From contig MEZH01000004.1 of NCBI GenBank assembly GCA_001775995.1, positions 21,642-40,279 on the forward strand: a DNA stretch of 18,638 nt, in the 5' to 3' direction. A program made the position numbers and the translations under genes. The notes under the pieces are model-generated. The model was not told the origin of the DNA. It did no database searches and saw nothing but the letters and a program-made list of their open reading frames with translations. The stretch's first letter is position 1; every line of letters begins with the position of its first letter. The stretch comes from Candidatus Bathyarchaeota archaeon RBG_16_48_13. Its GTDB lineage: Archaea > Thermoproteota > Bathyarchaeia > RBG-16-48-13. Shown one piece after another: positions 5,520 through 14,213 of this stretch.

Positions 5520-8105
5520 TCACCAACTCTTTGACTTTATCTGAGAGTAGCCTTTCTCATTTCTCACCAAGGTCATGTAGTGGTCTACATATTCGCTTAT
5601 GTCTTCGTGGGCAATGATGAATATTTGACGGAAAGTCTTCTTCATAGCATCCAGAACCTCGAAGAACCCTTTCCTTCGTTCCTCATCGCTGCTAGATATG
5701 CATTCATCCATTAAAAGGCTGTAGTAGTCAGCTTTGACCCTGGAATCCAAGATACTCGCGGTGAAGGCCAGTCGCAGAGCTATCAGAAACTGATCTTGAG
5801 TACCGCCACTGAATACCACTTGTTCCTTGTATCCTCCGGCTTCCGTGGAATGGGCTTGGAATTTGAGATCCTCAGATATCTGGAGATCGCTGTAGCGGCC
5901 ATCGGTTATTGTTGGCAGGATCTGATTGATGATATATCGCGCATATGGTATCACCTTATTCCTCAATTTCCTGCTGGTCTCACTGATCTCCATTCGAGTT
6001 CGATCAATCACAGCTTGATTGAGTTTGAGATCTTCAACCTTGATCGCCATCGCTGGATATGCATCATGGGATTTCTCTAGATGCTGAAGTTCCTGGCCAA
6101 GGGCGTTCATAGTCGATTGTCTCGAGACGTATTGATTTTTTAGGTCGTTGAAGGTCTTTGAAGCATTATCAGTCTCCATTTTCATCTGATCATGGACCGT
6201 CTCCACGTAAGCCAAGTTCTCTATGCCTTCCGGTTTGGTATTGAGTAGCTCTGTCAATTCTGCCTCTATTTCGATGATCTCTTTCAGAAGTTCTTTTGAC
6301 CTCTTGTCAGGTTGACCACGTTCTAAGTCATGAATTCTGTCTTCTTCATTCTTCTTGTTCGCGGACAGTCGGCTCTTCGCATCCTTCATGTCCTCAAATC
6401 GCTTGATCTGATTCCCGATGTCAGATTCGATTTCCACCTTCTTTCCCTCTTCATCTATTCGGCTCTGAAATAGATTGATTCTAGTTGAAGCAGCATCAAG
6501 AGCGTCTTTCAATTCGGTGAGTGCAACCTCGCTGTTTCTGCATAGTACCTTGAGTCCATCGAGAGAATCTTGTCCCGTTGTCTCATCAATTTTTGAGCGA
6601 AGAACACTCAATCTCTTTTCAATTTCCTGAGAAGAGCCAAAGCATGTCTTGTTCTTTAGACCATTGAGTTCGCTCTTGACCTCTTTGAGGCGTTCCTCAG
6701 TGGACACTATTTCACGAGCTCCTGCCTGAAGTGTCAGGTGTGTTGCCGAAAGCTTCTCCATCTTGAAATACCTCGCAAAGCAGTATGAACTGAGCGCTAA
6801 ACAGGCAATTGCGGGAAGGAACATGAATATGAATAAAATGGCTGAGGAAGCTAGAAGCAATCCAGCTATCAGGGAGATTATCGAGGCCACCAAATATCGG
6901 CTCTTATTTGTTTGAAGTCTCGCGAAGTTCTGTGTGGAGTAACCTTTCAAGCCAATTCGGGTCATCTCGATAAGTTGAGATTTCTCCCTGGATTCGAGAT
7001 CCTTCGAAAGATCTTCAAGCTTCTCTTCAAGGTTCTTGTAGCTGTCCAAGTCTTCCGACAAATGAATGTATTCGGGTTCAATGGTCCTGAGCAAGTTCTG
7101 TTGTGTTTCGAGCCTTTTTTCGGCTTCTAATATTTTTCTCTTCAAGTCGATCTTATCTTGGCGGGTATTTTCCAAGTCCTCGAAGCTTTGGGAGATCTTC
7201 CTAAGGGCTCCAAGCTTATCTTCAATCCCTTCGTACTCCTTCAGTTGATGGGCTAGTTCCCCTAACCTCTTGCGACTTTTCGCTAGGGCATCAATTTCTT
7301 CATCAATCCTTTCTTTCAATTTCATTTTCTCGTGAAGCAATTCTTCTTTGGTTTTGATCTTTCCCAACCAGTCGAACTTCCAAAGGACCGCCTTCTTCAT
7401 TTCGATTTCTTCCGAGGCGAGATCCAGCTTGCCCTTGAGCTCACTGGTCTCTCTTTCGAGCTGTATCATTCTAGTCTGCTTTTCTTCGTAGAGTTCCCTT
7501 TCTCGCCTGACATTGTTGAATTCGATCCAAATTCGCTCATATTCTTCGCGAACCGCTTTCAATTTTCCTTGAAGAGCTTCGTCAGCCTTGTCAAAGGCCT
7601 CCATGCCCATGACCTTGTTGACTAGTTGCTCTCTGGAGCTCTTCTCGAGTTTCCTTAAGACGTCTAGGTCCTTTTGCCTCACATAAACGAGACGAGTGAA
7701 TGAGTCCCGATCCATTCCTGTTATCCGGTCTATCTCTTCACCGATCTTGGTCAGATTTGTCATAGAAGAACTTCTTGCGCCATCTCTAATCTGGTTCAGT
7801 CTCGCTCTATGACCGGTTCGCAGACCGATCTCTCGCTCCAAGATGTATCGCTCCGTTCCCGACGTGAACTCGAGTTTCAGTTTAGCGCTTTCTTTCCCCC
7901 ATGTTATGACGTCTTCGCGACTCGCCTCCTCGGCACTCTTTCCTTTCCTTAAGCCGTATAGAGCGTATTCCATGCTCTCAAGGAGTGTTGATTTCCCGCT
8001 CTCATTACCGCCGAACAGTCCTATCTTGCCCTCATCGGGGAACTCTAGCGTGATAGAGTCTCCAATCATCTTGAAGCCCGAAACAGATAACCGGTGGATG
8101 ATCAC
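5520..8105 (-). CDS. Rad50/SbcC-like SMC ATPase of YhaN/SbcE type, with a central hydrophobic segment and no zinc hook
   Basis: Walker A GGNESGKST, Q-loop YVRQKD, signature FSGGTQDQFLIALRLA, Walker B LLMDE, H-loop IIAHED, long coiled coils. Residues about 404-447 are hydrophobic. The GTG start overlaps the upstream stop (GTGA). Confidence 0.9.
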   Translation of the reverse strand: MIIHRLSVSGFKMIGDSITLEFPDEGKIGLFGGNESGKSTLLESMEYALYGLRKGKSAEEASREDVITWGKESAKLKLEFTSGTERYILEREIGLRTGHRARLNQIRDGARSSSMTNLTKIGEEIDRITGMDRDSFTRLVYVRQKDLDVLRKLEKSSREQLVNKVMGMEAFDKADEALQGKLKAVREEYERIWIEFNNVRRERELYEEKQTRMIQLERETSELKGKLDLASEEIEMKKAVLWKFDWLGKIKTKEELLHEKMKLKERIDEEIDALAKSRKRLGELAHQLKEYEGIEDKLGALRKISQSFEDLENTRQDKIDLKRKILEAEKRLETQQNLLRTIEPEYIHLSEDLDSYKNLEEKLEDLSKDLESREKSQLIEMTRIGLKGYSTQNFARLQTNKSRYLVASIISLIAGLLLASSAILFIFMFLPAIACLALSSYCFARYFKMEKLSATHLTLQAGAREIVSTEERLKEVKSELNGLKNKTCFGSSQEIEKRLSVLRSKIDETTGQDSLDGLKVLCRNSEVALTELKDALDAASTRINLFQSRIDEEGKKVEIESDIGNQIKRFEDMKDAKSRLSANKKNEEDRIHDLERGQPDKRSKELLKEIIEIEAELTELLNTKPEGIENLAYVETVHDQMKMETDNASKTFNDLKNQYVSRQSTMNALGQELQHLEKSHDAYPAMAIKVEDLKLNQAVIDRTRMEISETSRKLRNKVIPYARYIINQILPTITDGRYSDLQISEDLKFQAHSTEAGGYKEQVVFSGGTQDQFLIALRLAFTASILDSRVKADYYSLLMDECISSSDEERRKGFFEVLDAMKKTFRQIFIIAHEDISEYVDHYMTLVRNEKGYSQIKSKSW

Positions 8106-9274
8106 GTGCTCTCCTCCAAGTATTCCTTTCCAAGATCCTTCACCTTTTCGAGAAGTCTCCGTTCATCCTCGGTCTCGGCGCTGGCTATGAGATCATCAAG
8201 GTGCCTCTCGAAGGCCTGCTTGGGTGTACCGATTCTCTCGAAGAATATTCGGCCATACTCTTCTACGATAAGGTCCGTTCTGTCTAGGCTGAAGTGAAAG
8301 AAGAGATTCTGGGCAATTCGGTAGAGGTCGACTATCCTGAACTGATTATATTGGGCTTGAGATATGCCGCCTTTGAGGACCAGTCGAATTATAGCTTCTT
8401 GATCCTTGTATTGGCCGAGGAATGTGGGGATAAAATCGTTGAGGTTCCCACTTTCTTTTGTGACTGACAAATCCAGCGATTGCATATTTCTGGTCTTCAG
8501 AGGGATGTGTTCCCATCTAACCTTGGATCCTTCTAGCTCTATCCAAAGAAACCCTTTCTTGTCGTTGAGTTCGTTCCACGTCAGCCGTTCAATGGAGCCC
8601 GGGTTCCCGATAAGGCACCCTCTATGCTCCCTAACAAAGGAGTTGTGGAAATGACCTAGAGCGAGATAGGTCAGGCCCTTAACAACATCATCAGCATACA
8701 CAGGGCTCTGATTGATGTAATCTGGAACGGAGGAAACGACACCCAGTCCGCGAAAAGCTGCGTGGAGCAAGAGAATGTTGTAATCTCCGTCAAGCGGAAT
8801 CTTCTCTCCCTTTAGAGGATCTGTTGATTCATCCTGAGTGTTGTAGGATTTCCCCGAGAGGCAGACCGTAGCACCGTTTACCTCTACAACGTCCTGTTGC
8901 AGGGTATCTGACTTGTGGAAAACTCTTGCGAGACCTGCTGACTCGAAGTTCTCTATTGCCAAATGGGTATATTTGCCAATCTTCGGGACATCATGGTTTC
9001 CACCAATCATGAAAATACGGATACCAGCATCATGAAGTCTTCGGATATTTTCCATGAGGAAGACGCTGGTAGCGTTGGTTGGGGTTACCCGGTCATACGA
9101 GTCGCCAGTTATGAGAAATAGATCTGCCTTCCTATCTATTGCGGAGTCGACGACGGTGGAGAAATTCCTGTTCAGATCATTCTTTCTATCCATAGCCAAG
9201 GCAAAGTTGGATATGTTGAAGGTTCTATCTAGGTGAAGGTCGCTGCAATGGACTATTTTGACGGTATTGCTCAT
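8102..9274 (-). CDS. Mre11/SbcD/YhaO-like metallophosphoesterase DNA nuclease
   Basis: All five phosphoesterase motifs present: SDLHLD, GDSYD, GGNHD, LLHAA, LGHFH, plus NPGSIERL. Capping domain and C-terminal helical SMC-binding region. Start reassigned to ATG 9274 (MSNTVKIVH). Confidence 0.93.
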   Translation of the reverse strand: MSNTVKIVHCSDLHLDRTFNISNFALAMDRKNDLNRNFSTVVDSAIDRKADLFLITGDSYDRVTPTNATSVFLMENIRRLHDAGIRIFMIGGNHDVPKIGKYTHLAIENFESAGLARVFHKSDTLQQDVVEVNGATVCLSGKSYNTQDESTDPLKGEKIPLDGDYNILLLHAAFRGLGVVSSVPDYINQSPVYADDVVKGLTYLALGHFHNSFVREHRGCLIGNPGSIERLTWNELNDKKGFLWIELEGSKVRWEHIPLKTRNMQSLDLSVTKESGNLNDFIPTFLGQYKDQEAIIRLVLKGGISQAQYNQFRIVDLYRIAQNLFFHFSLDRTDLIVEEYGRIFFERIGTPKQAFERHLDDLIASAETEDERRLLEKVKDLGKEYLEEST

Positions 9275-9355
9275 GCTTGACCTACCCCGGATGTTCCCCC
9301 GCACAATTCTCAAGTTATGCTTCTCAGAGCCTCATCGATAATGTGTAATCGATCC

Positions 9356-11029
9356 TCAAATCGACTTTTCGGTTGGTCCTTGCCATACTATGATGCCGCC
9401 TTCTAGGCTTTTCACGTCTTTAAAGCTCATTCTCTCCTTGAGGAAGCGCGCTGCATGATAGCTCGTTATCCCATACTTACATATTGTTATTACTTCTTTT
9501 TCTCGATCGAGTTCATTACTTCTTTTCCAAAGCTCGTTTAGCGGTATGTTTGTGGATTTGGGGATGTGACATTCCTTGTAGAGCTTGGGTTGGAGCACGT
9601 CCACCAGTTGAAGATCTTCTCCTCGCATCATTCTTTGGAGGAGATCTTTTCCGTTAATGGACACGTATGCGCCTTTGAGTTTGTTGAGGGCGACGTTCCC
9701 AGCGGTTATTATCGAGTCAAGTGCGGGACTATAGGGTGGAGCGTAAGCCAGATCAAGTTTGGAGAGATCATCGCATGTCATTTTCTTATAGAGCGCCGTG
9801 GCCATAACATCTATACGTTTGTCCACTCCGCGCTCTCCCACAATCTGACAACCTAGGAGCCTGTGGTCGGGTCTATTGACCATGGTCTTCATGGTGATGA
9901 TTCTAGCGCCCGGGTAGTATTGGGGGTGATCCCAAGAGTTGGTGAAGGTGACCTCAATATCGAAGTCAAGCTTCCTAGCTTCGATTTCGCTTAGACCGGC
10001 TTTGGCCACTGAAAGATCAAAGAGTCGGGCAATTTGGACGGGTGCTACTCCTCCAAATTCTACTTCTCCTCCAGCGGCATTCTCCCCAGCTACTCGTCCC
10101 TGCTTGTTGGCTGTAGAACCGAGAGGGGCCCATATCGGTCGACCCGTCACAAAGTCGACAGTCTCAACGCAATCGCCAGCAGCCAGAATATTTGGATCAC
10201 AGGTATACATCTTCGAATTAACTCTGATAGCTCCTGTTTCGCCTATCTCCAACCCGGCTTCCCTTGCCAAGGTGACCTCAGGCTTCACGCCAATTGAGAT
10301 TATTGCAAGGCCAGCCGCGATCTTTCTTTTGTCAGTCTCCACATATGATATGCTCCCTTTGGCGTCTTCATCGAAGGCTCTAACGGATTCGCCCAGAAAG
10401 AATTTGATACTTTTATTCTTCAAGTACTTCTCTACCAGAAAGGCCATGTCGTCATCCAAGATGGGTAGAATCTGCTCCAGTTTCTCGACGATTGAGACGT
10501 CCAGTCCAGAGATTAAGAGGCTCTCAGCCATTTCGAGACCTATGAGACCAGCCCCAACTATCACCGCTTTCCTTGGTTTCCGTTCAGATATGAAGTCCCT
10601 AAGATTGGAACCGTCTTCCATGGATTTTATAGTAAATACTCCGCGAGAAGAAGCGCCCTCGATTGGGAGTTTTATCGGGTTTGCCCCAGTCGCGATAAGG
10701 AGTTTCCTGTATGTTACATGGAGAATGCAATCTGTGGAAAGGTCGCGAACCACCAATTTTCTCGCTTTTCTGTTTATTCCTTCGACCCTATGATTGACCT
10801 TCACATCTAAGTCCAGAAACTCCTTGAACCAGTCTGGAGAACGGACTATGAGCTCGTCTGAATCCTCTATCAAGCCTGAAATGTAATATGGTAGGCCGCA
10901 CCCAGCGAAGGAAACGTAGTCACCTTTCTCAAAAACAGTTATCTGGAGGTTGGGATTACATCTCCTCGCCCGAGCCGCAGCCTTCATTCCTGAGGCGTTT
11001 CCACCAATGATCACGAATTCGGACTCCAT
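9356..11029 (-). CDS. CoA-disulfide/persulfide reductase (NADH oxidase family) with C-terminal rhodanese domain
   Basis: IIGGNASG FAD motif, active site SFAGCGLPYY, NAD motif GAGLIGLEMAE, AAGDC, LDLAYAPPYS, rhodanese HIP...NIP...ICKYG. Start reassigned to ATG 11029 with GAGG SD; the extension to 11275 overlaps the divergent promoter and PPOX gene. Confidence 0.92.
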   Translation of the reverse strand: MESEFVIIGGNASGMKAAARARRCNPNLQITVFEKGDYVSFAGCGLPYYISGLIEDSDELIVRSPDWFKEFLDLDVKVNHRVEGINRKARKLVVRDLSTDCILHVTYRKLLIATGANPIKLPIEGASSRGVFTIKSMEDGSNLRDFISERKPRKAVIVGAGLIGLEMAESLLISGLDVSIVEKLEQILPILDDDMAFLVEKYLKNKSIKFFLGESVRAFDEDAKGSISYVETDKRKIAAGLAIISIGVKPEVTLAREAGLEIGETGAIRVNSKMYTCDPNILAAGDCVETVDFVTGRPIWAPLGSTANKQGRVAGENAAGGEVEFGGVAPVQIARLFDLSVAKAGLSEIEARKLDFDIEVTFTNSWDHPQYYPGARIITMKTMVNRPDHRLLGCQIVGERGVDKRIDVMATALYKKMTCDDLSKLDLAYAPPYSPALDSIITAGNVALNKLKGAYVSINGKDLLQRMMRGEDLQLVDVLQPKLYKECHIPKSTNIPLNELWKRSNELDREKEVITICKYGITSYHAARFLKERMSFKDVKSLEGGIIVWQGPTEKSI

Positions 11030-11068
11030 CAATGATGCCTCTGCAAGATCATCAGATCGGCAAGTTCT

Positions 11069-11076
11069 CATATAAA
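11069..11076 (-). promoter_or_regulatory. TATA box of the CoA-disulfide reductase gene
   Basis: Minus strand TTTATATG about 40 nt upstream of ATG 11029. Confidence 0.55.
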
Positions 11077-11227
11077 CCTGATTAAGATTTGATAGTAAAA
11101 GGTATCGTTGTATGCTCAAGTGGCAAGAGCGAGCGACGAAAAGAAGATCACGAGCAATTTGATGTACATTCATGGAAAGAAAGGGATAAACTCTCATAGG
11201 TGCAACAGATGTTGGTGATGAAGAATA

Positions 11228-11632
11228 ATGGCCAACAAATTCTCTGATAAGGCAAAAAAACTCTTGAAGAGTCAAGAAATAGCTAGAATAGCGACTTTAA
11301 CGAAAGAAGGCTACCCTCACGTAGCTCCAATGTGGTTCGTAGCAGATGACAGATACGTATACTTTACCACGGATTCAACCTCCTTGAAGATAGCCAACAT
11401 CGAAAAGAATAGCAAGGTCGCGGTGCTGGTAGACTCTCAGGACTGGCATAATCCTGAAGGTATTTTGATCCAAGGTAAAGCAGAGGTATTAAAGAAGGGC
11501 GACGGAGACTTCAGATACTCTCTAAATCTAATGATTGGTAGATTCCCCTGTGAGAAAAAGTATGAAGGACCAAAGCAAAGGGTAATACGAGTAACCCCGA
11601 TCAAGATGGCTTACTGGAAGTTAGATACTTGA
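11228..11632 (+). CDS. Pyridoxamine 5'-phosphate oxidase-like (PPOX class, FMN/F420-binding split barrel) protein
   Basis: ARIATL..EGYPHVAPMWF...YVYFTT...SLKIANIEKNSKVAVLVD...ILIQGKAE. Confidence 0.9.
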   Translation: MANKFSDKAKKLLKSQEIARIATLTKEGYPHVAPMWFVADDRYVYFTTDSTSLKIANIEKNSKVAVLVDSQDWHNPEGILIQGKAEVLKKGDGDFRYSLNLMIGRFPCEKKYEGPKQRVIRVTPIKMAYWKLDT

Positions 11633-11707
11633 GCCTTTGTTGAATACAATTTTACAGCAGATGAAACAGCGATAATCGAGGTTTACAGAGTCCGAACTGG
11701 ATCTATA

Positions 11708-11721
11708 GAAATTCTTATATG
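11708..11721 (+). promoter_or_regulatory. BRE/TATA of the Sm-like gene
   Basis: GAAATTCTTATATG about 40 nt upstream of ATG 11761; GAGG SD at about 11750. Confidence 0.5.
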
Positions 11722-11760
11722 ATGATGAGGTCATATTCGCCCATTGCTTGAGGCCTAGTA

Positions 11761-11994
11761 ATGGAATCCAATAGAAGACCGCTGAAGTCCTTACTGAAGA
11801 ACTTGAACAACGTGGTTCAGGTGAAGTTGAAGAATGATCTGGAATACAAAGGACGGATGGTCCAATGTGACTCTTACATGAACCTCATAATGGACCATGC
11901 CACCGAACACAGAGGCGGCGAATTGACAGCCAACTATGGATACATTTTTGTTCGGGGCAACAATATTCTCTATATCACGGTGCCCAATGCTTAG
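11761..11994 (+). CDS. Sm-like (Lsm/SmAP) RNA-binding protein
   Basis: Sm1 VQVKLKN..EYKGRM..CDSYMNLIM..A.E and Sm2 YGYIFVRGNNILYI. Confidence 0.95.
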   Translation: MESNRRPLKSLLKNLNNVVQVKLKNDLEYKGRMVQCDSYMNLIMDHATEHRGGELTANYGYIFVRGNNILYITVPNA

Positions 11995-12122
11995 GATTGC
12001 TTCAGTAATCTTAGCGCCGGGGGAGAAATGGTCGATAGAGCCATTTGCGGCATGATATGCAAGAATTGCGATACTAGTACGAGAATGTTATGAAGATAGT
12101 TGTCTCGAACCAACCCGTGTGG

Positions 12123-14162
12123 TCACTCTTGTAGAACCGCAGATCTGTCTCTCTTATACTCATCAACCAATTTTGAAAGGTCCTGGACGGCTTCTTCTTC
12201 TCCGCTTGATCTTATCGACTCCTTCAGGACCATTCTAAGGATAGATGGGTCTACGTATGGCAGGCCCTCTATCCATGACAACTCCAACGCCCCACTCGGG
12301 ATCACTGGAACCTCCCCGCGAATGAAGGTTTCCTCAGCTTGGTGGGAAATTGGTGTGGCGGAGACCACTATCCTCACACCCAGATTAACCAAGTTGAGGG
12401 CAGTGGAGGCCCCACCGCCGCGTCCGTCGATCAACAAGATAGCATCTCCATTTTTTATGTTGTAAAGTTTTGAGGCTATGTCTATTCCTTCGGTCGTGAA
12501 GGAATCTATCGGCTTCAGTAGGAGCAGTTCCTCCCTGACCTTCATGAGGTTGACTCTCTTGAGAAGCTCAAGGCGCTGAAGATAACCCTGTATCTCGACA
12601 TCTTTTGCCTGAAGCTGTTTCTGGAGGTTGTTGACCCCCCTTCTAAGGTTGAACCACTCTCGTTCCTTCTTTATCTCCATCTCTTCCTTCGACCTTTTTC
12701 GAGACAATTCTTTCTCGAGACTCTCCCTGGAAGCCCCAAGTTCAGTCAATGCCCTTTGTAGATTTTCGATTTCACCTCTAAGTTTCTCTATGAGCATACT
12801 CTGATCAAAGACCTTTGCCCTTAGCTGTTTTACCGGAGCTTGTGTTTCTTCTGACGTCAATAATCGCTTGGTTTCGGTCACCTCGACTGGAGGAGAAATT
12901 TCGCTCTTCTTGGCAAGGGCTTTAAAAGCCTTCACAATAGGGTATCCCCTTACCACAAGGGTCTTGACCTCGTCGACGGCAACCATGGAGGGATTTTCAG
13001 AAACGAATACCTCGATCTGCTCAAACTTGTTCTTATAATGCCGGTAAGCTTTGGCTGCGGCGGCCAAGGCATCCCTCTCATGAAGATTTCTGACTTCCAT
13101 TCCACTCTTCGAGGAGAATTCTCCAGCCAATTCTTGCTTTTCTGAGACCGACAAGGAGTATTCTGGAATGAAGACAACAAGTCTTAAAGTTGCCGAAAAT
13201 TTCTTCACAAATTCAGGGAGCGGTCTAACGTCTGTAGCTATGATGACTGCCTCGCCGAAGTCTGTCAAAAGGCGCGTGAGGTCTCCTCTGGATAGGCCTT
13301 TCTGGCTCTTTAAATGAAGCACCTCGCCCTTGAAGGATAGAAGGGCGATACCGCAAGTGGCGCCAGGGTCAAGACCCACAATAAGTCTTCTCTCATGGTC
13401 TTTGCGACCAACTTGGATATCGCGCAAGCTCGTGGGATAATGGCTTAGGAAATCTATCTTTTCCTTGTACACAGGCAGTATGGAGACTCTGATTGACCCC
13501 CCTCGAAAGGGCCTGACAAGCCCCGCAAGCTTCACTCGTGGGGCATAAACTACGAACTCTCCCTTGTCCAATCCAAAGTCAGATTTCTCCCTGAAAAGGT
13601 CGAAGTCCAAGCCGGACCTTTCCAAGACCCTCTTTATTGAGTTTGTGACTCGAAGGATCGAGGTGTGTACGCTGCGCCTGTAGCGACTTTGGCTTGAACC
13701 ACCCGGACCGAGGCTGACGTTGCGGGTCACAGTAATTCGCGTCTCATCCTCTAAGAGTTTGACCTCTGCACCTGCGCTCTTGCCAGCAAGGCGAGCGCAG
13801 GCTTCGGCCTCCTCCAACGGATTGAGTCTCTTAGGGGAAGGCAAGCCATACTCCACAGCCAGCTCTTGTAGACCTCTTTGTTTCGGGGGGGCCCCCGTCA
13901 CTTGAATGAGACGTAAGTTTGATGGAACAGAAGAGACGAACTTCCGGAGACCTTCAATATCAGACGACAGTTCGAAGACATTATCCGTAGCTAAAATTGC
14001 CGGTTTATACAGAGAAATGAGTCTTGACAACTGAAAGAAGTTTATCTCAGGAAACCTCTCTAAGACTTGTTCATCCTCTAGAACCACAAGGGCGTAACGA
14101 GGATTTCTTGAGAAAGGCGAGCCGCCGGATAAAACGTCGATTCCGAAGATAACTACGGTCAT
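12123..14162 (-). CDS. DUF460 family protein (predicted RNase H/YqgF-like fold nuclease with coiled coil)
   Basis: N-terminal IFGIDV...ILATDNVFEL...LIQVTG, central IVGLDPGATCGIALL...IIATDV...HERDALAAA..AY, then coiled coil and C-terminal domain. ATG 14162 (TTG 14165 alternative). Confidence 0.85.
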   Translation of the reverse strand: MTVVIFGIDVLSGGSPFSRNPRYALVVLEDEQVLERFPEINFFQLSRLISLYKPAILATDNVFELSSDIEGLRKFVSSVPSNLRLIQVTGAPPKQRGLQELAVEYGLPSPKRLNPLEEAEACARLAGKSAGAEVKLLEDETRITVTRNVSLGPGGSSQSRYRRSVHTSILRVTNSIKRVLERSGLDFDLFREKSDFGLDKGEFVVYAPRVKLAGLVRPFRGGSIRVSILPVYKEKIDFLSHYPTSLRDIQVGRKDHERRLIVGLDPGATCGIALLSFKGEVLHLKSQKGLSRGDLTRLLTDFGEAVIIATDVRPLPEFVKKFSATLRLVVFIPEYSLSVSEKQELAGEFSSKSGMEVRNLHERDALAAAAKAYRHYKNKFEQIEVFVSENPSMVAVDEVKTLVVRGYPIVKAFKALAKKSEISPPVEVTETKRLLTSEETQAPVKQLRAKVFDQSMLIEKLRGEIENLQRALTELGASRESLEKELSRKRSKEEMEIKKEREWFNLRRGVNNLQKQLQAKDVEIQGYLQRLELLKRVNLMKVREELLLLKPIDSFTTEGIDIASKLYNIKNGDAILLIDGRGGGASTALNLVNLGVRIVVSATPISHQAEETFIRGEVPVIPSGALELSWIEGLPYVDPSILRMVLKESIRSSGEEEAVQDLSKLVDEYKRDRSAVLQE

Positions 14163-14213
14163 CAACTCATCTTTCCAAATATGAACTATGAGCTCCAGCA
14201 GATTTAAGGTAGA

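Noticed and set aside
9939-10793. 284-aa plus-strand ORF
   Set aside because: Antisense shadow of the CoA-disulfide reductase; Ser/Pro/Ala-rich with no motifs.
11030-11275. 82-aa N-terminal extension of the reductase ORF
   Set aside because: It covers the TATA box and overlaps the divergent PPOX gene; homology starts at MESEFVIIGG.
11719-11785. Possible C/D box sRNA (ATGATGA ... TTGA ... CTGA)
   Set aside because: Guide spacings of 17-19 nt are longer than the typical 10-12, the C' box is poor, the C box abuts the Sm TATA box and the D box lies inside the Sm CDS.
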